Positions 9,891 through 21,018 of a stretch of DNA of 64,000 bases are shown here, one piece after another; position 1 is the first letter of the stretch, and every line of letters begins with the position of its first letter. The DNA comes from Giardia intestinalis. Taxonomy: Eukaryota. The notes beneath the pieces were generated by a model. The model was given only the letters and a program-made list of their open reading frames with translations, had not been told where the DNA came from and ran no database searches. Location of the stretch: the NCBI GenBank assembly GCA_000002435.2, contig CM018791.1; one strand, 5' to 3'. The translations under genes and the position numbers were made by a program.

Positions 9891-12800
9891 ATGCCCCCGA
9901 TCGTCGTTCCACTAGCGATGACATCCTCACAGGGGGACCAACAGGTGTTCTCCCTGAGGACACTACACCGTGTCGCAGAGCATGGCAGCTTTCTAACTTA
10001 TGATTTCAGTGATGACGCTGATTCTGTCATTGCAGGCTTGGAGGCTTCTTGTCCCGACTCTTTTGCCAATCAGACCATACCTACGCTCAGTTCTGACCAA
10101 TGTGACATGTTAAACGATTACTTAGACTTATGTAACACTATCCATGCACAAAGCTCTGTTTTCCACGAGGTTCATAGCGCCTCTGATGACCTCCAATCAA
10201 ACATTGATTATGCTATGTTTCTACTAACAAAGGGTACGGAGACAGCTCCAATCTTACGGACTATTCTACCGAAGCTCCAAGACACCGTGGGGAATTCTGC
10301 CGGCAACTGCTCTGATGTGGAGCCGGCAGAGATCAATGTAAGCTATGATCAGATGCCTCTGTCGGTTCGGAACTATCTTTTTTCACCCTATCTATTTGTC
10401 CACACATCTAAAGTTGCCTTCAAAGTGACTGATAAGAAAATGTCTACATGGTTTGTCACCACAGGCCCGCCCCAACTGGTGCAGGCCACGCTGACTAGTA
10501 TTGTCAGACCAGATGGAGTTACCATCACAAACACAGATGAGCAGTACTTGACATTATTCTCTTCACTCACCGACCTAGATACCGTTATTTACGCCAGCAT
10601 AGATAGCATGTATTCAGAACTTATAGTAGATCTTCCCATGTGTCCCGATTACTTCCTTGTCGCTTACCTACAGCCTATATTTATTCCACACGATAGCGTG
10701 ATAACCGGTGACTCATCTGGAGCTAGCATTACCCCCGTGAACCTTATGGAGACAGGAATCACCTTTCAGCTGAGAAACAACTGGGTTGATATAAATAATT
10801 TCTTAGCTCCTGGCCTCAGCACATGTGCTTTCCCGACAGTCTTGTCAGACGAGGACGCAGCGACACTTGAGTGGGTTGTTACCAAAATGAATCAGATCAA
10901 ATGGAGTTCGACCATATCACAGACACCTAAAACGAAGACTACCTCCGCAACCGTTACAGAAATTTATGAAGAGTATGTGTCTTTAATGAAAGCTGAAAGA
11001 AACGAGGCCTACGCTGCTGAGATGTCTAGACTAGTTATGTCCTACATAGATGGCGTTATAGACTTCAATCCCTTGTTATTTGGTCTCGTTTGCCTTTCCT
11101 TTATCAGCTCGAAACTCATCTATGTGCTTCTAAAGTACATCAATCTAGTTTTTGACCCCCCACTGGGCCTGCTCAGGAGTCTTGGACTTCCGGAGGCGTT
11201 CCCAGTCTTACACAATCTGACTTCAGTAACAGATTGTATCTATGGAATAGACTACGTTTATAGTAATATTATCGACGATAAGGAGCGGCTAGAACAGACT
11301 ACGCGGCCATTAAGTGTCTTAAAGAACAATCGCCCCGGCCACTCCCTTCAGTATAACAAGCATTACAGGACTTATTACAGTTCATTTTTTCTCCCCACAT
11401 ATCAAAACTTCACCAGGACCCAGTCGCTGAGTGTACCTCTATACAACATCTTTGCTCGAGACGTTGTCTCCACGAAGCAGCGCCGCTTTATCCCACTTAA
11501 TGAGCTTTCTCTTATGGAAGGGAAGGCGCCTCATGATATCATATATGTGGATGGAACTAGACCCATTAAGTTTATTAAGGATGGCAACGGAATCCAGCTT
11601 GTTGAGATTAGCATCCGAGACAGGACAGATACAAATATCCCCATTCGAGTGCCACATGACCTTTATCAGAACGTCGTCAATATGGTTGATCGTAGTGCGT
11701 CTACGGAGCAGTGCCGTGCCGAGCTCCAGCGCATAATAGAGGGCCAGTTCAAGCTATCGAAGCAGCTCAACGGGGAAAGAAATTACAACTCCACAAGAGC
11801 TATTACATACCAGAAACGCCAGAAGGCCGCGAAGCAGTCTGCTACAGATGAAGAGGGTCACTCTGACAATTCCCTCAACTCCACCACCTCGCCTACTTGC
11901 TTGACGGCGTCGCTGGACCATGGCAAGATTTCGTCTACTAAAAAAGTCACGCAAGATAGCAGCTTCATTCCTATACTTTGCGAGCCACGAGACACGGCTG
12001 TGCTGCTATCTGGGGCCACCGATATCAGCACAACTATGGTGGGGCCTATCTGCCATGCATGCTTCAATGCCCAGGCAGCGTCTTCTAACATATTGGGCGT
12101 TATTCAAACAATGATTGACGAGAGCATCTTTACCTATCAGGATGTATTGGGGGCAACACCTCCATCCCTGGTACACTTTGATGGCCGGAAGGACACTACC
12201 AACAATCCTGCCCAGACTGAAGTTATATGTGATGACTCCACTGATCCCACTTCTCTGGTCACCAAAACCACTGACGATAAGCTTGAGCTTGTGGTGGACG
12301 ATCAGAAGCTGTATTCATATCGTGATATCGCGATCGTTCGAGCCTCCTGCAACCCGTCAGTCACCGTTACAGACTTGGATTCTTATCGAGACATCTGCAT
12401 TCAGTTTAGCCTCATGATCGAGCGCTCTCGCCTCTGTGTTTACTTTCCTAGCTTTACGTACCATGACTATATAAGCCTCGGACTATACAACAACAAACTT
12501 CACTATCTTCATACCAATTCAGGATTTCACTTAGGATTTCTCCGGTTTCTTTTTGACTCTGCATTTACAACAGAGATAGATAGGTTTTCAGGCAATTCTT
12601 TGGGCACCTCAACCACTCAATCCTCCTCGCACGCCTTTTGTGTAACCGATGATCTTATAAGATTGGTTCAAGCAAGTGACTGTGAGAACTACGCACCTGT
12701 ACTCATTGATTTATTCAATAAGTTTGTCCTTCTAAATACTTATTTTATTTCTCGAAACATATCGTTTATTAATCCAGTCTTCAGTATATTGGATGCTACT

Positions 12801-15800
12801 TGCAGCAGTCAACTTGCGACAGAATCTTCTAACAACGAGCACCAGGACCCCAGCGAGTGTCCTGATCCATTTGCCTCTGATTTTATTGACCCAGCGTCAT
12901 TTATTACTCTGTCTGTTGGAGATACCAGCAGCTCATCTCACCCTATTAACTCTGCTAATTCCTTAGTCCAGCTCTTTAGCCCATTCCAACACCATGGAGA
13001 CTATACCAATCAGTCGGCTCTAGTTTATGCCATACTTACTCTTAGATTTCTGACCACCTTTATGGGAGGGTCTCTCGCTCTTCAAGAAGCTATTCGCCTC
13101 TACACCATCGCGGCCAGCTACTGCATGATTAGCTCCATACCTCCTCTCAAATGCTCAGTCAACCTAGCAGAAGTCAACTCAGATTCAAATGCACTGCTGG
13201 ATGAGACCATGACCTTGTGTGGTTCCAAGTCGTCTATCCTTTTGATTAATGAGCATAATCGTCACCTCGGCTTTTCAGAATCAGCCCAGGCTCTAAGTCT
13301 TGTCGATCATTTTAATGAAGACATACTTCATGGAGGATACAAGGCGACCATAAACAATACATTTACTCCGCTTTCTCCATTTTTGCTCTCCAAGGAGTAC
13401 TGTCCATCAGTTGTTCAAGACTCATATATTCACACAAACCTACGCAGTCTTCAGTATATCAGATGGTTGAGCGGCTCAAACTCTTTCCGGCCGCACACAT
13501 TTGAAGAATCAGACTCTGCGGGATACGACTCTGCCGTGGCTTATATCAAGGACTCTGCAAACATCACTGACCAGGTATCTCAGGCCTTCCTGCTGGAGGG
13601 TTCCATGAGAAGAAAGATAGAATCGTGGCCACACTATGGGGTATCTTATCGAGTCTGTCCAAATTACGACGCAAGCGTCAATGGCACAGCGCTGCCCAGT
13701 GCTAAAATGGTTATTTGGAGTAAGGACGACATCCCCACTGATTACATGTCTTCAAAGCTATTGGCCGATAGCGTATTCAACAGGGGAAAGTACGTCACAA
13801 TTCCATATGGATCTGAGTCCTATGGTTCCGTCAATCCTCACGAACTCGGGGCCGCTGCTAACGAATCCAAACAGTCAGCAAAGGCCTCTAGTGCCGAGCA
13901 TGATAAGAAAAAGGACAGTAAGGCCAAAAATATGGACGCAGATCGAGAGCTTGATTCTCTAGCAGACACCCTTTCTCTTATTAAGCAGATACAATTAAAT
14001 CCAGCCTATCCATGCGACGCATCCGCTTTCACCGCACTTTACACATCTACAGATAGACCCGTTACAATCAAGTATCACTTTATGGCCACAACGGGCCAGG
14101 AAGCCTCCATGCATCATATCGAAGAAGAGCAGATATGCTTTGGCATGCTAAGGGTATACATCAACGCCTTGCTACGGATCCTCATAGAGTGGATTGCGAT
14201 TTATGCGCCTTCCCTTCTGTGCTATTACGATGTGAGTCTGTCCGCCACTGCAGCGTCGGCCCCTCCCGACAACACTCGTTTCTGCCCCTTCGGGTTCAAT
14301 CGGTTTGTAAGCTCTGCGCTTCTCGAAGATGAAGCCGAGTATGCCGCGGGGACTCTACTCAAAAAGGACCTTGTGTCAGAAAGTATTGCATCTAAAGATC
14401 GAGCCAACACTCCCACGATCTTATGCTCTCCTTTTTTGGCAAGCAGCCTCAAGGAAGATCTTTCTGCCGGAAAAGAATGCCCTTGGCAACAGGATAGTCA
14501 ACCTGCTATGTCTTTGGCGCAGTATTTCAGTGAAGCCGATCAAGCCGGCAGTGCAGACGATGTCCAGACGCGTATCGGCCGCAAATCTCTGTATTCAGAC
14601 CAATTTCTGTCTGACCATGCGAGCGTCTTAGCGTCCTATAGGAAGATAGAGAGCGCCATGGCCACAGATAAGATCTTATCGGCAACAGATATTGTGAATA
14701 GCACAGACAGGTCCCTCCGCTTCCTTGCATATCCATACATTGTGTTCCCAGTCAATAACACAACGCATTATTCACGCATTTACTCAAAGGACCGCTTCCA
14801 GGAGAGTGACTGGTCGCAACTTAGTCCACCGCCGCCACGCATACACACAACCCTTCAGTTCTTTATTTGTCAGGTGTACACTGGTTCTGATGTCCTTTTT
14901 AGCTTGTTTACAGAACCACTTATCACAGTCCCCCTACTGGCCAGAACAATGCAAAACTTGCTGAGCCGGGCCATGCTGGCTGAACAGCGGGCATCCTATG
15001 TTTGGCGAACAATTTGCCCAGATTCGCACTTTACAAACTGCGACCAGAGCTATATGTGCATGTCTTCATGGGACAAGAAAGTCTTAACCCCAAAAGCAAT
15101 TCTGCAGGACTTTAAACGGCGCAACAATGACCTTATTCAGGGGCTTGACCCGGAGCTTTGGCCCATCACACTAGACCCCTCCCATATGCACCTAGGGAGA
15201 CTAGTATATCCGAGCTATTACCGTGCTTCAAGCAATCTCGAGGACCAGGCAGCTCTTTTCAATCGCTGGGGATCAGGGATGATAAGCACATTGATATCGT
15301 CCGGTACGCGGAACCTGCAGAACGAGCCTCAATCCACTCTCCTAATTAACTTTATTCCGCGGATCAATCCCTATCGTATTTCTCACGAGTTCTTGCAAAA
15401 GAGCCAGCTAATTGTACCAGGGATTATATCCCCCAGTTATGCTACTGCAGAGTTAGTCCGTTTGTACCGAACATACTTCTTCAGTATGGACGAGGAGTTT
15501 GTAAGATTGGTCCTCTGCAGGTCCAGCATGCTTTTTTCCTGCATCACTACAGGCTTTACCACGAAAACAAATCAGTCCGTATACGATCTGTGCGGATCAA
15601 ATCCTGTCTCGGAAGACATCTACTACTTCGCGACTCTAGGCTATAAGCATCTGCAAAACGCGGTTAATACAAAACAGTACACATATCCAGCGCCAATTTC
15701 CCTGTTGGACATAGAGCAGGTCATCTCTGGAATAGAGCTAACGTACAGTTCCTACGTTAGCAATCAGAAGTACTCAGAGTATCATTACACTGATGAAGAG

Positions 15801-18083
15801 AGAAAGTCCCTACTTGAGAAAATCTCGCTCTTTGAGTTAGACCATAAAGGAATCGTCAAAAAGACAGAAGCCTTGCTCTCTGGAAATGTGTTCTTCCACT
15901 CCTACGATCTAGTGATGAAGTCTTCATTGCAAGACATCAGTTCCTTACGGCGTCATGCTTTTATGCCGTGTGTAACGCCGCGCTCCTACAAATTCTTGCT
16001 AAATCTTTTGATGATTGATACAGATGAAGATTTAGATGAGCCTGGATTCCGTAACACAAACAGTGCAACGCTCATCGGCAGCTTGGGCTCTCTAACTGCA
16101 GATGGCTGTAAAAACGTTCTTCTTTTCGAAATTATTCCTGCAATGCTCCTCAACCACGAGTCTGGGGATTGGGCGCATTCCAGCATTGATCCCGAGAAAC
16201 CTGTCTACAAAATGATATGCTCTGACATCTACATTATCCTGAGGCTTGTGTCTATCATCTGCACCCGTATCGAGTTCTGTTTGCAGATCCTTGAGCGCGT
16301 GCCGAGCGACTGCAGGCAGGTAGGGAAATATGGAACCCGCTCAATGACTCCATTTCCTCTGTCGCAGTACAATGGTCGCTGCGCCGCTGGCACGCTATTC
16401 GGCTATGATGACCTTGATTACTCCACCCCGTGTGGGAACCGTATCTTTTACTCAAGCAATCAGTACTTTCAGCTCTCTGATACCTATAGCCTGTCCAGAT
16501 GCCGATGCGGCGCAATTCGATGCCCTTATTGCGGTGGGCTGGGCTCCAATATGGGCCTTATAAGCGGAAGTTACTTGCCCGGAGGGACTTCTCAATACGT
16601 TGAGTTACAGTCGGGCTCCAGCAACGGAATATTCTCCTCCAAAATTCGTACATCCGGTGCGTGTGCAGAAGATAAGGAGGCGTGCCCTGACACGTATGGT
16701 TTGCCTAGTTGCTTGCATGACAACTACTCAGAAGACGAGTGTCTGTTGAATACGTCCAATAGCAAGACCTATCACTGCTATCCGGTGACACAAACACTCT
16801 TGTACAAACTTCAACCAGCCCTTCCACTTCCCTTCAATCTGTTAGAGACGCTTAGTGTGCTACCTCAGACGACCTCTCTGCCAGACCATAACGGAATGGT
16901 ACAAGATATCTCTGCGCGAGCCTCGGCCGGTTCCAAGCAGACGCGTGGATATAAGGGAACATACCAATCGCACAGATGGGCCAAACAGGATTATTCCGGG
17001 GACTTTATTAATGAGGAGGGTAAAAGCACGAAAGCTGGTGCACAACAGCTCCTTGAAAGGGCCAAGCTTCTCTGTCAGCAGCCTGCCATCTGCGCAGGAG
17101 AAGGCTACCCTGTCGGCAACTATGGTGAACGCCTTGTTGACCTTGTTCATCACCTCCCTCCCTTGGATGCGTATACATTTCGAGCTCTTTCTACTTCGAG
17201 CGAGTACGCTACGAATCGGTTTGTGCAGGAATATCTAAATAGCTCTCTTGGACACGAAAGCGTATGCGTGAGTTCTGCCGAAAAGGACTACAATCCTGAC
17301 ACGGCTATCTCTTCCACAGTCGTGCTGAATGAAGACATGTACACACCACCTGCAACAGACTTGTGCAGTTACTTTCAGGGGCATCGCTACGCTAGGATTC
17401 TAGACTGCGATGAAATCAGCGACCCTGTTCTCACATATTTGTTCGACCCCAATATCTTTTCCCATGTCTATCTGTACCAGCCTCCTCCCGACTTCGACAG
17501 TTTACCAGCTGATGAGGTATTCAAGGAGCTAAGGGATAGGCAATTTCAAAAGTATCATCGCGACAGTCTATGGCCACTTGAACAACATATCTTACCTTCA
17601 CACATCCAAAAGAGGCCAGGGACTCTCCCCACTAGCGCCGACTTTCGGGGGGAGCTTCTCTTTCTACTGCGTCTTATGCAAATGCATGTCCACCAGACCA
17701 AGGAGGGCGTTCTGTCGTCAGAGTTTACTCCATACATGTACGGGTTGCTTGGGCTTTATGCCTACCCTCTTCTCAACCTTCGGAGGCCGATAACGACACT
17801 CTTGCGACGCTTGGAGTCTTTTTGCGCCCGCATAGGCACGACAAGCATGAACATCAACTATCTCTCGCTGTACCGCCCCTCGAAGACTAACATTCAATCT
17901 CCGCGTTCCACAATTCTCTTTCTCTTTCTTGTCTTCGCAACGCGTTTGCCCTCCCCTTATGGAAACCTCCTTCCGCTTTCCTTGCCCTCAACAGCATCGC
18001 CCTCGGACGAGCTCATGATCATCGTCGAGAACACCGGAGGACTGGCCCGGTTCTCCGGTATCACCAACACCGACAGTAAATAA
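9891..18083 (+). CDS. Very large hypothetical protein (2730 aa), no recognisable domain
   Basis: A single uninterrupted ORF starts at an ATG with AT-rich upstream sequence (aaaatagttATG). It has one strong hydrophobic segment (LLFGLVCLSFISSKLIYVLLKYINLVF, about aa 395-420). It has a Cys cluster CRCGAIRCPYCGG near aa 2200. Internal ORFs on other frames are short. Confidence 0.75.
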   Translation: MPPIVVPLAMTSSQGDQQVFSLRTLHRVAEHGSFLTYDFSDDADSVIAGLEASCPDSFANQTIPTLSSDQCDMLNDYLDLCNTIHAQSSVFHEVHSASDDLQSNIDYAMFLLTKGTETAPILRTILPKLQDTVGNSAGNCSDVEPAEINVSYDQMPLSVRNYLFSPYLFVHTSKVAFKVTDKKMSTWFVTTGPPQLVQATLTSIVRPDGVTITNTDEQYLTLFSSLTDLDTVIYASIDSMYSELIVDLPMCPDYFLVAYLQPIFIPHDSVITGDSSGASITPVNLMETGITFQLRNNWVDINNFLAPGLSTCAFPTVLSDEDAATLEWVVTKMNQIKWSSTISQTPKTKTTSATVTEIYEEYVSLMKAERNEAYAAEMSRLVMSYIDGVIDFNPLLFGLVCLSFISSKLIYVLLKYINLVFDPPLGLLRSLGLPEAFPVLHNLTSVTDCIYGIDYVYSNIIDDKERLEQTTRPLSVLKNNRPGHSLQYNKHYRTYYSSFFLPTYQNFTRTQSLSVPLYNIFARDVVSTKQRRFIPLNELSLMEGKAPHDIIYVDGTRPIKFIKDGNGIQLVEISIRDRTDTNIPIRVPHDLYQNVVNMVDRSASTEQCRAELQRIIEGQFKLSKQLNGERNYNSTRAITYQKRQKAAKQSATDEEGHSDNSLNSTTSPTCLTASLDHGKISSTKKVTQDSSFIPILCEPRDTAVLLSGATDISTTMVGPICHACFNAQAASSNILGVIQTMIDESIFTYQDVLGATPPSLVHFDGRKDTTNNPAQTEVICDDSTDPTSLVTKTTDDKLELVVDDQKLYSYRDIAIVRASCNPSVTVTDLDSYRDICIQFSLMIERSRLCVYFPSFTYHDYISLGLYNNKLHYLHTNSGFHLGFLRFLFDSAFTTEIDRFSGNSLGTSTTQSSSHAFCVTDDLIRLVQASDCENYAPVLIDLFNKFVLLNTYFISRNISFINPVFSILDATCSSQLATESSNNEHQDPSECPDPFASDFIDPASFITLSVGDTSSSSHPINSANSLVQLFSPFQHHGDYTNQSALVYAILTLRFLTTFMGGSLALQEAIRLYTIAASYCMISSIPPLKCSVNLAEVNSDSNALLDETMTLCGSKSSILLINEHNRHLGFSESAQALSLVDHFNEDILHGGYKATINNTFTPLSPFLLSKEYCPSVVQDSYIHTNLRSLQYIRWLSGSNSFRPHTFEESDSAGYDSAVAYIKDSANITDQVSQAFLLEGSMRRKIESWPHYGVSYRVCPNYDASVNGTALPSAKMVIWSKDDIPTDYMSSKLLADSVFNRGKYVTIPYGSESYGSVNPHELGAAANESKQSAKASSAEHDKKKDSKAKNMDADRELDSLADTLSLIKQIQLNPAYPCDASAFTALYTSTDRPVTIKYHFMATTGQEASMHHIEEEQICFGMLRVYINALLRILIEWIAIYAPSLLCYYDVSLSATAASAPPDNTRFCPFGFNRFVSSALLEDEAEYAAGTLLKKDLVSESIASKDRANTPTILCSPFLASSLKEDLSAGKECPWQQDSQPAMSLAQYFSEADQAGSADDVQTRIGRKSLYSDQFLSDHASVLASYRKIESAMATDKILSATDIVNSTDRSLRFLAYPYIVFPVNNTTHYSRIYSKDRFQESDWSQLSPPPPRIHTTLQFFICQVYTGSDVLFSLFTEPLITVPLLARTMQNLLSRAMLAEQRASYVWRTICPDSHFTNCDQSYMCMSSWDKKVLTPKAILQDFKRRNNDLIQGLDPELWPITLDPSHMHLGRLVYPSYYRASSNLEDQAALFNRWGSGMISTLISSGTRNLQNEPQSTLLINFIPRINPYRISHEFLQKSQLIVPGIISPSYATAELVRLYRTYFFSMDEEFVRLVLCRSSMLFSCITTGFTTKTNQSVYDLCGSNPVSEDIYYFATLGYKHLQNAVNTKQYTYPAPISLLDIEQVISGIELTYSSYVSNQKYSEYHYTDEERKSLLEKISLFELDHKGIVKKTEALLSGNVFFHSYDLVMKSSLQDISSLRRHAFMPCVTPRSYKFLLNLLMIDTDEDLDEPGFRNTNSATLIGSLGSLTADGCKNVLLFEIIPAMLLNHESGDWAHSSIDPEKPVYKMICSDIYIILRLVSIICTRIEFCLQILERVPSDCRQVGKYGTRSMTPFPLSQYNGRCAAGTLFGYDDLDYSTPCGNRIFYSSNQYFQLSDTYSLSRCRCGAIRCPYCGGLGSNMGLISGSYLPGGTSQYVELQSGSSNGIFSSKIRTSGACAEDKEACPDTYGLPSCLHDNYSEDECLLNTSNSKTYHCYPVTQTLLYKLQPALPLPFNLLETLSVLPQTTSLPDHNGMVQDISARASAGSKQTRGYKGTYQSHRWAKQDYSGDFINEEGKSTKAGAQQLLERAKLLCQQPAICAGEGYPVGNYGERLVDLVHHLPPLDAYTFRALSTSSEYATNRFVQEYLNSSLGHESVCVSSAEKDYNPDTAISSTVVLNEDMYTPPATDLCSYFQGHRYARILDCDEISDPVLTYLFDPNIFSHVYLYQPPPDFDSLPADEVFKELRDRQFQKYHRDSLWPLEQHILPSHIQKRPGTLPTSADFRGELLFLLRLMQMHVHQTKEGVLSSEFTPYMYGLLGLYAYPLLNLRRPITTLLRRLESFCARIGTTSMNINYLSLYRPSKTNIQSPRSTILFLFLVFATRLPSPYGNLLPLSLPSTASPSDELMIIVENTGGLARFSGITNTDSK

Positions 18084-18103
18084 CGCACACAAAACGTTCA
18101 CTA

Positions 18104-19705
18104 CTACAGTTGACTCGTGAACCCACTGATTCCAGACTGAACAGAGAGGCTGTCACCATCCGAGAGGCGGATAGCTTTGCCACGCTTTGGCTTGCTGCCA
18201 CCGCCGCCGCCGAAACAATTGCCTCCATTCTTCTTGTGGCAGAGGAACCACCAGCAGAGGAATCCGGCAACAGCTCCAATGATCAGTAGTGGCACTATAA
18301 CAGAGGTTGCCACCAGGCCGGACTTGAGAGTACAGGTCGCGCCGTTTCCTGTGTAGCTACCACCACATTGACAGGAGTAATTGCCCGACGCGGTGTTAAG
18401 CACACAGTCCCCTCTTCCGCTGCAGACGACCCCCTTTTGAACACATCCAAGTGGATAGCAATTCCCGTCCTGTGCCCGGATGGACCCGAAGTGGCACCTG
18501 CACTTCCAGAGTCCGTCCACGCCATAGCGGCAATCCCCTCTGTTGTTGCAAACGGTCTTAATGCGTCCATCGCCTGTAATCACACATTTATTATGCGTCT
18601 CATCATTAGGTACACAGGCTCCATCTATGTTCATGGAGTTCCTATTGCATGAGCAACCCCACTCACCATATTCATTTTCTACGCAGACTCCAGCGCCATT
18701 ACAAACATAGACACCTGTGAGACACTCATCGGGAACACAGACGACACCTGCGTCACCTGGTCCTGCCGGGCGCTCGCTGTATGGATAATTGCAGGACTCA
18801 CAAAGCGGTCCTGAATATGCGCCTGGGCACGCACACATACCAGCTTCCTCCCCTTCAGAGATGCAAGTACCATTGTTCATACACTCACCGCCATTGGTAC
18901 ATAGAGGGGAGGAGCAGTCTTCTCCTGTGTAACCATCATTACAAAGGCACCTATACCCCAACATCCCAATACACTGGCCATTGCCGCTGCATAAACTGTC
19001 CTCAGTTCCTCCCCAATATCCACAATTAGCTATTCCACAATCTGATCCCGCGAAAGAAAGATGCGGGCATGTGCATATTCCAGTATCCGTATTACATGTT
19101 CCTCCATTAGCACAGTCTCTGTTACCAGCACATATAAAGGAGTCGCATGCCTCCCCACTAAACCCTGGCCGGCATCTGCAGCCAAAAATTTGCCCCAGCC
19201 TAGGCGGCGTTCCCGGGAGCACAGTACATTCTCCTCCACCAAAGCACAAGTATGGATTGTTCCTAGTTATATTTTCACGCCCGCACGTGTCGTAGTAGCA
19301 ATCGCGTCCGCTATAGCCATGGAAGCAATTGCAATGACCACGATAGGTGTGATCGTCGTCAAGAATACACTGGCCTCTGCCGTGACACACTGAGTCAGAC
19401 TTGCATGTGAAGGCCTCACAGAACGGGCCCGAAAATCCAGATCTACAAGAGCATTCAAACAGGCCATGGCCCGTCTCCACACACTCACCGCCCATGCTGC
19501 AGTACACGAGATGAGTACTGAAACGCGTCTGTATTAATTCAGCGTGACACAAGTTCTTGCCCTCACAATTGTCACCCAAAACTCCATCAAAACAGACACA
19601 TTTGCCCCACAGACATCTACCCAATTGGTTGCAATCCTCATCTGTAGTGCACGTGCTCAGAAATATATCTACAAGGCCACATAGCAAAAGCAGCTGGGAA
19701 AGCAT
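18104..19705 (-). CDS. Cysteine-rich EGF-like type-I membrane protein (high-cysteine membrane protein / VSP-like), 533 aa
   Basis: N-terminal signal peptide MLSQLLLLCGLVDIFLSTC. About 13% Cys with repeated CxCxxG(F/Y)xGxxC EGF-like modules (CRCRPGFSGEAC, CSCRSGFSGPFC, CNCFHGYSGRDC). Single C-terminal TM segment LVATSVIVPLLIIGAVAGFLCWWFLC, then a short tail containing KRGKA. Confidence 0.8.
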   Translation of the reverse strand: MLSQLLLLCGLVDIFLSTCTTDEDCNQLGRCLWGKCVCFDGVLGDNCEGKNLCHAELIQTRFSTHLVYCSMGGECVETGHGLFECSCRSGFSGPFCEAFTCKSDSVCHGRGQCILDDDHTYRGHCNCFHGYSGRDCYYDTCGRENITRNNPYLCFGGGECTVLPGTPPRLGQIFGCRCRPGFSGEACDSFICAGNRDCANGGTCNTDTGICTCPHLSFAGSDCGIANCGYWGGTEDSLCSGNGQCIGMLGYRCLCNDGYTGEDCSSPLCTNGGECMNNGTCISEGEEAGMCACPGAYSGPLCESCNYPYSERPAGPGDAGVVCVPDECLTGVYVCNGAGVCVENEYGEWGCSCNRNSMNIDGACVPNDETHNKCVITGDGRIKTVCNNRGDCRYGVDGLWKCRCHFGSIRAQDGNCYPLGCVQKGVVCSGRGDCVLNTASGNYSCQCGGSYTGNGATCTLKSGLVATSVIVPLLIIGAVAGFLCWWFLCHKKNGGNCFGGGGGSKPKRGKAIRLSDGDSLSVQSGISGFTSQL

Positions 19706-20048
19706 TATTTAAACCCTGGGCATAATTTTTTAGCCGGTGAAGGAGTTTGACCGAAAACACGGATTCACTCTGTTTTTGAGTTTAAACTACCTGTGAAGCG
19801 CCCGTCCATATGACCGTGAGTGCTTCATTGGGCATATTAGAATGAATACGTGAATATATGATATTCTGTGACTTGCCTGCAGAGTTATCTCAAGACCATT
19901 ACACGTATCATGTCACCAACTGTAACGGCAGCGCTTAGTACGTTGACCAGTAAACCGGTTTCCTTATAGTCTCTGCGCAGCACTGCTACTGGGTGACAAA
20001 ACTGCAACTCAGAATCATCTTTTGGGGAGGAGGGGCGCACTTGACGCG

Positions 20049-20696
20049 TTACTTTCCCAGTTGCCCTCGGGGAGGAACTCGTGTCATGGGCCATGGTCGC
20101 GTCTCCTTAGCAAAGCCCTTGCGAATGACTGCCGTGTGTTTACCCACGTGCACGTTGTGGGGCATGAAATGGATTAGATCTTCTTCACGGCGTCGCCTAA
20201 AGCTGCGGTTGGAGTGCAGAGCTGACCCGTAAAACTTCTTACGGATGTCGTCCTGCATTCTGTGCGTCTCCTGATGGAGTAACTCACCTGCCGTGGTAGA
20301 AGGGACGCTTTGACCATCCGAGACGCTCGATAGTCCTTCTTTTGCAGTGCTGCCTTGGTATGGCTTCCTCATAGCTAACTTTTCTGTCGATATATCTGGC
20401 TCAATAGGGTAGACAAGCGGGTCGAAGCGGCTCAGTTCATCGTTTAAAGGAATAACTGCGGTGGGAACAGGGGAGCTGATATCAGCTGATGCTATGGGCT
20501 CAGGAAGGGGTGGCTCCCCAAGCTTGTATACTTGTTCTAAGAGTTCGTTAGTCGTCGCGGATTCGCCGCTCAAAATTACCTCTAGACCCTTGGCTGATCT
20601 GTCTTTTGCTGCACTAAGTTCGTCTTGCAACCGGCGGACTTTTTCCCTATTAACCTCCCTGTGGATATGCCACGATTTATGAGTGTTCACCGACAT
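20049..20696 (-). CDS. Hypothetical protein, 215 aa
   Basis: ATG-initiated ORF with AT-rich upstream sequence (gaaaatttagttcgcgATG). Mixed-charge, non-low-complexity composition. No recognisable domain. Confidence 0.45.
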   Translation of the reverse strand: MSVNTHKSWHIHREVNREKVRRLQDELSAAKDRSAKGLEVILSGESATTNELLEQVYKLGEPPLPEPIASADISSPVPTAVIPLNDELSRFDPLVYPIEPDISTEKLAMRKPYQGSTAKEGLSSVSDGQSVPSTTAGELLHQETHRMQDDIRKKFYGSALHSNRSFRRRREEDLIHFMPHNVHVGKHTAVIRKGFAKETRPWPMTRVPPRGQLGK

Positions 20697-21018
20697 CGCG
20701 AACTAAATTTTCGGCAACGCTTGAAAAAGAAGAGAGGACTTCAGAACAATAATTCACTTGGATGCAATAAAGTAGAATCCTTGAGAATGGCTCTCTATCC
20801 CGCACTCGTTGCTGCCGCGTATTATTTTGAAGTATCCGTTTTCTCCCCACTCTTCTCCCCAAGAGTTACGAGCAATCCAGTAGTCCATATGAGTCTCATC
20901 TCTCGTTTCATCATCTCTAGAGGTATCTGTTCTATAGCCAAGAAGCTCAACTCCATGCGTTTCGGTTTAAGTGATAGGAGGGTTTTACAGATAGCGTCCA
21001 TAAGTACACACGGATATC

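Noticed and set aside
16855-17238. Internal and antisense ORFs inside the 2730-aa gene (16855..17238 +, 16860..17153 -, 11431..11736 +, 13636..13962 +)
   Set aside because: Out-of-frame overlaps with a single continuous 8.2-kb ORF. No independent start context or domain signal.
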